Positions 26,251 to 34,767 of a stretch of 64,000 nucleotides of DNA are shown one piece after another. The stretch spans positions 1-64,000 of the forward strand of contig JBIJBE010000008.1 in assembly GCA_044345405.1 (NCBI GenBank). Direction: 5' to 3'. The notes under the pieces were generated by a model that searched no databases, was not told the DNA's origin, and was given only the letters and a program-made list of their open reading frames with translations. The translations under genes were made by a program, and so were the position numbers. This stretch comes from Bdellovibrionota bacterium (GTDB lineage Bacteria; Bdellovibrionota_C; UBA2361; OMII01). Each line of letters opens with the position of its first letter. Within the stretch, counting starts at the first letter, position 1.

Positions 26251-26520
26251 ATGACCGAGCAGATTCACGGCGTCGTAGTTATTCTCGGATCGCCAAACGA
26301 TGCGGCCGGAAATCTCTCGCAGATGGGCCGGGGCCTCGTGCGCCTCGGCTTCAAGACGTATCGGAGATTAGCAGCACAGGATTACCGTCTATTGTTGACC
26401 GGCGGGTACGGTAGCACTTCAATACAACACCTCCCCCCAACGCGTGCTATGCCCAAAGACTGTTGTTGGATATGGGAGTCCCAGCTGAGCATATCCTTAA
26501 GTTTGCCGAGAGCCGAACGC
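26251..26520 (+). pseudogene. YdcF/DUF218-family pseudogene (last cassette, truncated)
   Basis: GVVVILGSPND..G.LS...LLLTGGYG then a frame break, continuing as HFNTT...LLDMGVPAEHILKFAES. Confidence 0.6.
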
Positions 26521-27219
26521 TCCATTCATTCACGTAAAGCTCAACGTGCTTCCAGAGCGCGTTATCGGCTAGCTCCATGGCATAGCGCCTCATCGTGAAA
26601 GAGTCTCTTGGCGATGAGCGTGGCGTGCTCAACTGACGCCTTGGCCACATCCGCAAATCGCTGACGAGTTTCAGTTGGCACACGCCGATTAGCCCCCACG
26701 CACCCGAGCGGAAGCCGGATTGCAAAGCGCTCTTCCCAGAGCGTCCCTAAATCCGCGACACACTCTAAACCGAAACTAGCATAGGTAAAGCTCCCCTCGT
26801 GAATCACGACACCGTCATCAGCGCTACCTGCTTGCGAGGCGGGCACTATCTCTGCGATACCTCTCCACCTTCAGGGTAGAAGTGCCGAAACGGAGCGTTT
26901 GCGGTCGTTGATTCACCCGGGCATAGCACCCTCGCTCCCATTTCAAGCGGCGGGGCACTCTTTCGCCTCACGGGCCTACACCATAGCGAAGTGCCGCGCC
27001 ACGAGCGCCAAGCTCGTACGACTCCCCGGCGCGGAGAGCTGCTACGCTACTCGCCTTACAAAAATCATTGCGTTTAGCTTGCATCCTACGATTGAGCTCT
27101 TGGATGTCTCACAACGTGATGTCAAATTCCAAACCACGCAGATCGATCCTTCCCTCCAGAATGGCGTGGAACATAAAAGTGTCGTTTGGTGAGGTGGAGA
27201 TCGCAAGCTAATAGACCAT
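26510..27219 (-). pseudogene. mqnD: 1,4-dihydroxy-6-naphthoate synthase pseudogene
   Basis: Pieces in different frames: LAISTSPNDTFMFHA, DIQELN, GYGVGP-like RYGVGP, GVVIHEGSFTY...DLG..WEE....LPLG, HVELYVNEWS; several stops and frameshifts. Confidence 0.8.
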
Positions 27220-27267
27220 TCGCTACTCGTATTCCTCGCGCTTTGAAAAGACAATCTGGACAGTGAC

Positions 27268-27657
27268 GCGGGCGAACAGGAGGACACAAAACTTAGGCAC
27301 TATCGAGAACGTCGAGGGTGTTTCTATTCTGTGTCCAACAACCGGCATGCCTAGCGCTTATCGCACGAAGGCGGCGCGGTAGCACTCTCGGAAGGTCAGG
27401 AGGTGTACGCCTGACCAACCAAAAGCCAAGAGACAGAACCTGTTGACGCCAACTTGAGCGTCCACAAGTTCCATAGCTGCCGGACTGTAACAAACAAGCA
27501 CGGCTAGAGCTGCCAGAAGGCAGCTCATCAGCCCAACCCCCATCCGAACTATCATGATGGTGTATCTCCCAGGTGTTATTGGACACACAAAACCTCCAGA
27601 AACCGCAGTGTCTGCGGAAACCTTCCCTTAAGTTTTTGTGTCCTCCCGTTCGTCCGC
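27268..27657. repeat. MITE-like unit with ~30-bp imperfect terminal inverted repeats
   Basis: GCGGGCGAACAGGAGGACACAAAACTTAGG (27268-27297) versus reverse complement of 27627-27657, GCGGACGAACGGGAGGACACAAAAACTTAAG. Confidence 0.65.
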
Positions 27658-27763
27658 CTCTCAGTTATTTAGTCCCAGCTTCACTATGTGCTGTAAAGCA
27701 CCCGCAAGAGGGCCATTGTGAGCTAAGTGTTTGATGGGAGGCTTTTGTTCCGCGCCGTTCAAG

Positions 27764-28180
27764 GATAGGACGATCGATCGCTTTTTTGTAAGTAGCTGAG
27801 CTGTAGTAGTGGGCCGGTACTTGCTGCGCCGAGATGGATCAAGCGAGGGTCGAAATAGGTGGTCTGTTGGTCCACGCTATGGTTTCAAGGCTCCAAAGAG
27901 AGCTTGGAAGGGCGAGCTGAGTCGCCAAAAAAGCGTGAGACACGCACTCCTTCTTTTCCGGAACAGAAGAAGCGGTTTTTAGAAGTCAGCAGGCGACGGC
28001 TCAAAAGAGTTACAGGAGGGGAGTTCATCGATAGCCTTCACGGCATCGATGAACCTAGGAATAGGTGGAGGTGCCTGGAAGTGCGGGATACCTTGAGCCT
28101 TCCTGATGTCCTTGATTGCCCGCCGTCGCTTCGCTTTGGCGAGGTGGCAGTGCTCGTCTTGGATGAAAGCGATAATACGC
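27764..28180 (-). mobile_element. IS91-family 3' remnant, copy 2
   Basis: About 420-bp direct repeat of 16870-17290; oriIS-like end TCCTATC abuts CTTG, a known IS91 target tetranucleotide. Confidence 0.8.
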
Positions 28181-28217
28181 CCCCAGCGGGTGGAACACCC
28201 TATGTATGAACCCACCC

Positions 28218-28423
28218 CGAGGAGTCAAGGAAAAGTGGTTTGACGCAAAGAAAGGGAGGGATGCACGCATGTATCCGGCTTCTAATTGAGCCCTGATGCA
28301 ATGTGAGCTCTTATTCCGCATTACTTTATCGGCTTTTACAAGCCTTAGGGTGTCCCAGGTTTAACAAGAGCCAGTCCGACCGATTCGCCATCAAATTATC
28401 TTATCCTTAGTACTCCGTGACTC
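28218..28423 (-). ncRNA. putative bridge/seek RNA region of the IS1111-group element
   Basis: Contains segments matching both target flanks around hairpin GGCTT-N4-AAGCC, plus segments matching both IS ends; exact RNA boundaries unknown. Confidence 0.7.
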
Positions 28424-29449
28424 TCATGCCGCGAGCGGAAACGACTTATACTCTTCGTCTTTAGCGATGAGTGCCCAGATGACCCTGGCATTCTTGTTTG
28501 CCATGGCTACAACTGTGCGGTTCGTTCCCTTTCGTTACATGAGATCAAGTGCCCAGCGGCTTCGTCTGTCGTTATGACGATGCGCGTATCGTAACGCGAT
28601 GCGAGCTCCGTGAATGAGGAGGGTGCGAATATAGACATCTCCTCGTTTACTTATTCCATGAAGTCTCTGCTTGCCCCCTGTGGAGTGCTCTCGAGGTGTG
28701 AGTCCAAGCCAAGCCGCGAATTCTCGGCAATTCTTAAAAACCCCGATGTCACTAACTGCCGCTACGATTGCGCTCGCTGTAATATGCCCAACTCCTGGTA
28801 TCGTCGTTAAGCGACGGCAGATGGGATGTGTAGCGCATAGAGTCTTCATCTTACGCTCAAGCTGATCAATTCGCTCATCCAGCGCTCGGTATTCATCGAG
28901 CAGATCATAAAATGTCCCTCTTGTGAGAGATGACAGTCTCTCGCCATGAGTCACAAGAAGCTCGGGCAAAAGCTTGGCGAAAACTCTTCTTCCTTGCGGA
29001 ATGGTAATTCCATACTCATGCAGTAGTCCTCGCGCCTCATTTACGAGAGCGGTACGTGCGCCCACTAACCGTTGTCGGATCCGATGCAGGTTTTGTACAT
29101 CTTGCTGCTCCACACTCTTGCGCGGCACAAACCGCATATGCGGTTGGCGAGCCGCAACACAGATAGCCTCGGCATCCTTCCAATCGGTCTTGTTCCGCTG
29201 AACAAAAGGCTTCACATACTGAGGCGCTATCAGTTGAGGTAGATGCCCCAAGCCCTCTATCGAACGTGCCCAATGGTTGGCTCCACTACACGCTTCCATC
29301 ACCACCTGACAGGGGTTTACAGCCCGCAGCGACGCAAGGAGCTCATCCCGGTATACACGTTTTCGGAAAACCTCTCGCCCGTTCCCGTCAACCCCGTGAA
29401 GGTGAAACACATTCTTTGCCAAATCGATTCCAATTAGTTGTAATGTCAT
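28424..29449 (-). pseudogene. IS110 DEDD recombinase with a premature stop at 28535
   Basis: IGIDLAKNVF, VMEAC, KTDWKDA, GLTPREHSTGG; the frame continues past TAA as RKGTNRTVVAMANKNARVIWAL to TGA at 28424. Confidence 0.9.
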
Positions 29450-29781
29450 ACGCTCCCCTGTTTTGTTTGAGAGTTTGCACCTTCAATCCTGCACCATTCG
29501 GGTACAGGTAAAAACAGGGTGGGTTCATTCCATTACTTTACACCCCTCCTCCTAGGCCCCCAAACACTTACCCCACACCAAAAAAGCAGCTTGACCGAGA
29601 TTCGAAGTAACCTAATGTTTCTCATGGTCTACCAAACAACCGGGTGCGAAATGTCGCCTACACATGCGCGAGACTTTGGGCTTCGGCTACCTGTTTGTAC
29701 CCTTGCAGCTCCCCCCCGCATCCTACACCTCGTGCGGCATTATAAGGCGAGACGTACCTGGTAGATCCTTAGGGGAGCGTA

Positions 29782-32052
29782 ATGGACAGAGCTCGGTTGT
29801 TCACAGCAGGATTACTCACGGCCATTATCGCGCTCGGCGCACTCGGGGTCCGTTTCGCCGAGGGGCAGGAAAAAGCGCAGCGGCTGCTCACACTCAAAGA
29901 TGAGACCGTGCGGGTTTCCCTGAGCGATCTTAACCTTGACCCAGCCACGACCTACGGTATCGATTACTACGACCTCTCAGACACCAGCTACTCCACACAA
30001 GCTGCTGATGTGCAGATGACGATTGGGAACCTCTGTCATGTGGGGCAGATCCCGCGCACCACGTATCAGATCTTGCACAGCTGTCCCGCTGAAAAGAATA
30101 AAGCAAATCGGCTCAAAGAGTGGCGAGAATTCGTTGCGGGGAAGGGGAGAGCTCCGATCCCAAAAAAGTCTGACCTCTATATTGTGAGAAATGGAAGAGA
30201 GATTGTGCCGCTCGTGGAGCGGGAATTAACCAAAGGCGATAATCTCAATTCGAAGAGCGCGATCGGGCTCTCGTTTTCACCAGCGTGCGCTTTTCGGAAT
30301 CCGGCTCGGGGAGAGAAAGTTACCGAGCTGTGCGCGCAATCGCTTCCTGTTCGTCTTCCGCCGTTCGCCGCCACGATAACTGGTGGAGAGGTTGTGGTTA
30401 CTCGATTAGCGTCGGGACCCGCCAGTGCATACCTTGTTTTTATCGCGCAAGGCCAAGAGGTGGGGCGGGTTACGGTGCGGGTAGAGGAGAAGGTAGTTAC
30501 GCTCCCTGGTGGGTCGCAGCCGCAGGTGGCTTCTCCCCAAGCTCCTGGCAGAGTCTGTTCCTTTGGTGGAAGGAATTACGGGGCCGGGGAAACAGTTGTG
30601 GTGTTCCCATCGGCATCCGTTCCATTTGGGCAGAGGTGCGAGGGGGTAAGCTTCTTTTGCAGGCAGCCAGACCCAAAGAAACCGTTGGTATCGTGGCACC
30701 GAGCCGGCAATCGGAGAGCGGAGCCTCAAGGGGTACTCGACTGTCGAGTTGAGACTCCGCCATGCCTACCGGGGCAGAATTCGGTGAATTACAAGTATAT
30801 CGACGGAGATGACGACGGGTATTTTGTGCCTGCTATCCCAGCGCCCGGTAAAGAGTTTGCGAGTGTATGTCTTCTCAAAGGAAAACGACTCCCTCATAGA
30901 GATCCGGTGACACGTAAGGCGTACGCGATGACTACCCTAATTGGTAGTGTGGAAGACGCTCGGTGTGATGGTGATGCTCTTAGGCACGTGTATGTTGATC
31001 TCCAGAGATATGTGGGTGACGGAGATGGTGACGGTTTCTACGCAGAATATCAGACGCCCCTCAAAGGGTGCATCAAACGACCCATAAATCCGGGGTATCT
31101 CGGCTACCTTGAGCGACCGCGCAAAGCGGATATGCCGATCATGGAAAAGGTCGCAGCGGGAAGAGCGGAGCCGCAAAGCACTGATGGGGATCCGACAAAG
31201 CCAGGACGTCCGAATCCCCCTGGACCTAATCCTCAAGGACCTAACCCTCGAGATCCCGATCCTCTGGAGCCCACTCTTTGTCGTGACCCTAACGCGTTAA
31301 ACCACGGGCAGGAACTACCGTGTCTCTATCCTACATGCGGCGATGGCAAAGTAGAGGGCAACGAGGACTGCGACCCTCCGGATGATAAGACGTGCATAGA
31401 ATGCTGCAGTTCCGATTCAACAAGACCTGAGTGTCAATGCGTACTACGGCCTGAACTATGTACTGAAAACCCTTGTGTAAGTAATCCCACCGGGCCGGGG
31501 TGCGACCCGTGTAAAGAGAATCCGGAGTTATGCCCTCGGTGCGGATGTCGGGAATTAACGAGCCACAGCTATCGAGTCCAGGTAAATATCACGACCTTTG
31601 GGGGACCATCGGACTCAGGGGTGACCTCGACCGAGCGCGGTAGCGTCGATGGATTGAGGCTTCGGTCGAGGGATCCAAAGAGTGAGCTCTATACCGCTTG
31701 GCCACTGCCGAGCGCGGAGAAGTTACTCGGCTTGCCCGATACAAGCGATTGCCTGGGTCCCGAGAAGGAGAGTTGGGAAGGGGAGAAGATCGCCGCAGCC
31801 AACGAGGCGTTGAAGGATTATCTGGTTCGGATAACGTACGTCGATCCAACAGGGGACTACCGAACCATCGAGGTGCCGATAAACGATCGCGGGCCCGGGA
31901 AGGCGACCCGATGGGATGCCTCGGAGCGGGTGTGGAGGGATCTTGGTGTATGGAAGAGCGATGAGGATGTGAAGAGCACCAACCCAAATGACCCGGCCCA
32001 TATGGTGGAGCTTGAGATTCAATTGATACCTCGTAATGGAGTGTGTCCGTAA
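29782..32052 (+). CDS. large secreted Cys-rich multidomain protein with C-terminal RlpA-like double-psi beta-barrel
   Basis: Signal peptide; YxDGDxDGY/F motifs; Pro-rich linker; CGDGKVEGNEDCD Cys-rich repeat; C-terminal TTFGG...NDRGP...WDAS. Confidence 0.75.
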   Translation: MDRARLFTAGLLTAIIALGALGVRFAEGQEKAQRLLTLKDETVRVSLSDLNLDPATTYGIDYYDLSDTSYSTQAADVQMTIGNLCHVGQIPRTTYQILHSCPAEKNKANRLKEWREFVAGKGRAPIPKKSDLYIVRNGREIVPLVERELTKGDNLNSKSAIGLSFSPACAFRNPARGEKVTELCAQSLPVRLPPFAATITGGEVVVTRLASGPASAYLVFIAQGQEVGRVTVRVEEKVVTLPGGSQPQVASPQAPGRVCSFGGRNYGAGETVVVFPSASVPFGQRCEGVSFFCRQPDPKKPLVSWHRAGNRRAEPQGVLDCRVETPPCLPGQNSVNYKYIDGDDDGYFVPAIPAPGKEFASVCLLKGKRLPHRDPVTRKAYAMTTLIGSVEDARCDGDALRHVYVDLQRYVGDGDGDGFYAEYQTPLKGCIKRPINPGYLGYLERPRKADMPIMEKVAAGRAEPQSTDGDPTKPGRPNPPGPNPQGPNPRDPDPLEPTLCRDPNALNHGQELPCLYPTCGDGKVEGNEDCDPPDDKTCIECCSSDSTRPECQCVLRPELCTENPCVSNPTGPGCDPCKENPELCPRCGCRELTSHSYRVQVNITTFGGPSDSGVTSTERGSVDGLRLRSRDPKSELYTAWPLPSAEKLLGLPDTSDCLGPEKESWEGEKIAAANEALKDYLVRITYVDPTGDYRTIEVPINDRGPGKATRWDASERVWRDLGVWKSDEDVKSTNPNDPAHMVELEIQLIPRNGVCP

Positions 32053-32126
32053 TGGCCGTTACCGCGAGTGGCCTCTGGAATCGTCCCTTGTTCACTCGCG
32101 TACCACCGTGAGCCTCGCTACGAGGA

Positions 32127-33188
32127 TCATCCGCCCGAGATCTCCTCCACTACCGACTGAACCGAGGGCACACCGGTATACATCGGAAGGCCATACCTTC
32201 CCAGCATCTCGAAATAGATCAGATCTACCCGAAATGTCTTCTCGAATGGAGCGAAATTTGTCTCGGTGTTAGCTGGCATGTGTTCGAGCCAGATGGTCTC
32301 ATCCGCTGGAAGGTCGAATTTCTCTCTCACGAGTGAGGTGAGCGTCGAGAGGGTGTCGTTCAGGCTCCATCCCGATGGAGGAGCTGCCCGCATTTCGAGC
32401 ACAACGATCGGTTGAACGGTGTCTTGCGATGACGGAGTGGTGTGGATCTCCACACCGACTGGAAGTGAGTGCCCGTCCAACACTACACCGATCTCTCGAC
32501 GAAGCACGGCACCGACCGTGGTTGGTACACATTCCCGTTCCGGGTTCTCAAGAACTCCGTTTCGATTGAGGTTCGTTGTATTGGGAAGCGAGAGGGCGCT
32601 CAGGTCCCACGATGGGATGGTAATCTCTACCGGAGGAGTCTCCTCCCGCTGGTTGTGTTGGTTGTGGTGAGTCTCCTCGGCGGATGCGGGGTCATTGTCC
32701 TCGAAGCAAGGTCTAAGCACGGCATCTAAACGTTGTATAAAGGGCGCGCTAGCCGAGGTGTGCTCCAAAAATGCTGGAACGAGGATATCCGCAATCGGTT
32801 CCCGCATCTCCTTGTCACGTGCCCACGTCTCACCTATCTCGATGAAGGCCTCAAGTGCTCCCTCTCCAGGAATCTTTCCGAGCGCATGTGCTGCGGCAAG
32901 TGATGCGGGAAAGGTTTTTCTTAGAGCGAGTGCTTTGAGATCGTCTATAGCGGTCTCGGCTCTTTGTCCAAGTTCACCGAGGGCTTTGGCCGTTACAAAG
33001 AGAAGATCCTGGTTATCAAGTGCTAGAATAGAGCGTAGCACAGGAACGAGTGGAGCTAGGGAGCGTGTCGAAGCGTCAAGAAGTATAGTGCACGCCTTTT
33101 GCTCAGCTCCGCGCTCTCCTCTTCTGAGGCTAGCGAGCGCTCGCAAGAGCGGGGTTTCTATGTCAGGTTGAGTGGCTTGAGGACCCAT
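32127..33188 (-). CDS. HEAT-repeat protein with an uncharacterised C-terminal domain
   Basis: TAKALGELGQRAETAIDDL and AAAHALGKI HEAT-like repeats. Confidence 0.7.
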   Translation of the reverse strand: MGPQATQPDIETPLLRALASLRRGERGAEQKACTILLDASTRSLAPLVPVLRSILALDNQDLLFVTAKALGELGQRAETAIDDLKALALRKTFPASLAAAHALGKIPGEGALEAFIEIGETWARDKEMREPIADILVPAFLEHTSASAPFIQRLDAVLRPCFEDNDPASAEETHHNQHNQREETPPVEITIPSWDLSALSLPNTTNLNRNGVLENPERECVPTTVGAVLRREIGVVLDGHSLPVGVEIHTTPSSQDTVQPIVVLEMRAAPPSGWSLNDTLSTLTSLVREKFDLPADETIWLEHMPANTETNFAPFEKTFRVDLIYFEMLGRYGLPMYTGVPSVQSVVEEISGG

Positions 33189-33503
33189 GAAACCAGGATA
33201 AAAGCCATTCGGATGTTAGTCAAAGTTGTGCGCTTTGCAACGGTAGCGCGCTTCCTCTTCCTCTCGGCATCAATCACCCGGCGTGGGAATGCCTCGTGAG
33301 AGGCTTCGACGTGGGTAAGTTCTCTGACCGGAGGGAATTTCTAATTACATCTAGGACCGACCTGATAAGACTGATTCCGATTATGCTGAGTAGTCCTTCA
33401 GCTATGGTTGGTGCCTCGCCCTATCAGCAAGCCTATTATTACTTTACTTCCATCCCCCTGCCTTCTACGATTATCGCATATCCCCATTCGCGAGGTACTC
33501 AGT

Positions 33504-34310
33504 ATGCCACCACTTCAGTCTACGGAACGTCACATCATTTCAAGTGCTCTGGGTATCGCTCCCGAAGATACGGCTATCGCGCAGCTCTCCTTAGTACTCG
33601 GAGGACTATCCACTATTTCCGCGCGAGAAAGTTCGATCACGATACCGATACCACCACACCTCGTGAGATCCGACATTACCGCGGCCTTCGATCACCTACC
33701 CCATATCCAGATCGGTGGTGACGCTACAAAGATCCTCGCGAGGCGTACAACCGAGCATGGGGCTGACGCGCTTGAGGGTTTGATCGTTCCACAAAGGGAT
33801 TCGCTCCACGCTCGAGGAGAGACTAAGCTGGGCTCCTCAAAGCAGGAGACCTCCGTGCGGAAGGTGAGAACTCAGCCATCATCTCCAGTGGGAAGGCTCG
33901 GATTGAACCGAGCCTCTCAGGTTGCTACAGCGCTTGGTATCGCAATAGGGGAGATGCCGGACTATCCGACAGTCGTGCGTAAGTTGGGAGAGGCGCTGAC
34001 CTGCGATCATCGCCAGTATAAGAATAGTAGAGCGGATGGCGCTCTCCATCTCGCAGTGCGTAGCCAGGGTGATGCCACAGCTCTTCTTGAGGGCCTTGGC
34101 TTTAACCGAAATGGGCGTGATAGTGGGAGTGTGTGGGGTGGGTTGCAGTATCAGAGGGTCTGTCAGCACACCGACACGAAATCCATCGCATCGCTCGCGT
34201 TGACTCCGAGTGGGTGCGATATCACTATCAGCCTTGGAGAGCCTTTGACTGAGTCTTGGTCTGCTACCCCGTACAGCTTTCAAAGACCCGTTAGAGGTTT
34301 GGAGAATTAG
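33504..34310 (+). CDS. hypothetical protein
   Basis: Long ORF with GAGGT SD before ATG 33504; no recognised motif. Confidence 0.6.
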   Translation: MPPLQSTERHIISSALGIAPEDTAIAQLSLVLGGLSTISARESSITIPIPPHLVRSDITAAFDHLPHIQIGGDATKILARRTTEHGADALEGLIVPQRDSLHARGETKLGSSKQETSVRKVRTQPSSPVGRLGLNRASQVATALGIAIGEMPDYPTVVRKLGEALTCDHRQYKNSRADGALHLAVRSQGDATALLEGLGFNRNGRDSGSVWGGLQYQRVCQHTDTKSIASLALTPSGCDITISLGEPLTESWSATPYSFQRPVRGLEN

Positions 34311-34767
34311 GAGGAAGCTAGGAGCCCTCCGCACTTGCATACTGGGTTGTTACATCCCGCTGCGCGATCGCCCGCATTCGCTAGAACATCCTGGTATCAA
34401 CTAATACTTTGCACGCTTACACGTGGGGCACTGAAGAGGATCCACTGCCTAGATTCTTTTGATGCACGGCGCCCACGCGCCTTTGTGACACTCACACCGA
34501 TAGTCGCTCTCTTAAAAAAGGAACGCTTTTCTTTCAGACGCGGTGAATCCGGAAAATGGGTAGGTGTCCCATGTATTCATATGGGGCAATCGGGAGGGTA
34601 GGGAACAGCTTACATGAGGTGCGGTAAGTAGTTGATGTCCTGCTTTTTTCCCAGAGCGCGGCAGATCGGCGATATTTCTGACACCAAAACCTTCAGCCGA
34701 ACGCATGGACCGCCGACCCCCCAACTGGGGCGAAAGATGGATAGACTATGCAGGGTTGGTGAGGGAT

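Larger units (their letters stand above)
28201..29535 (-). mobile_element. IS110 family, IS1111-group insertion sequence
   Basis: Perfect 12-bp subterminal IRs ATGAACCCACCC (28206-28217 and 29517-29528), TA core at both ends, long non-coding right end, circle-junction promoter TTGACT-N18-CATAAT. Confidence 0.92.

Noticed and set aside
28201-29535. IS1111-attC subgroup insertion into an attC site
   Set aside because: The reconstructed target has no RYYYAAC/GTTRRRY boxes or attC hairpin.
31195-31270. Tandem DNA repeat (GGACCTAATCCTCAAGGACCTAACCCTCGA)
   Set aside because: It simply encodes the Pro-rich GPNP linker of the secreted protein.
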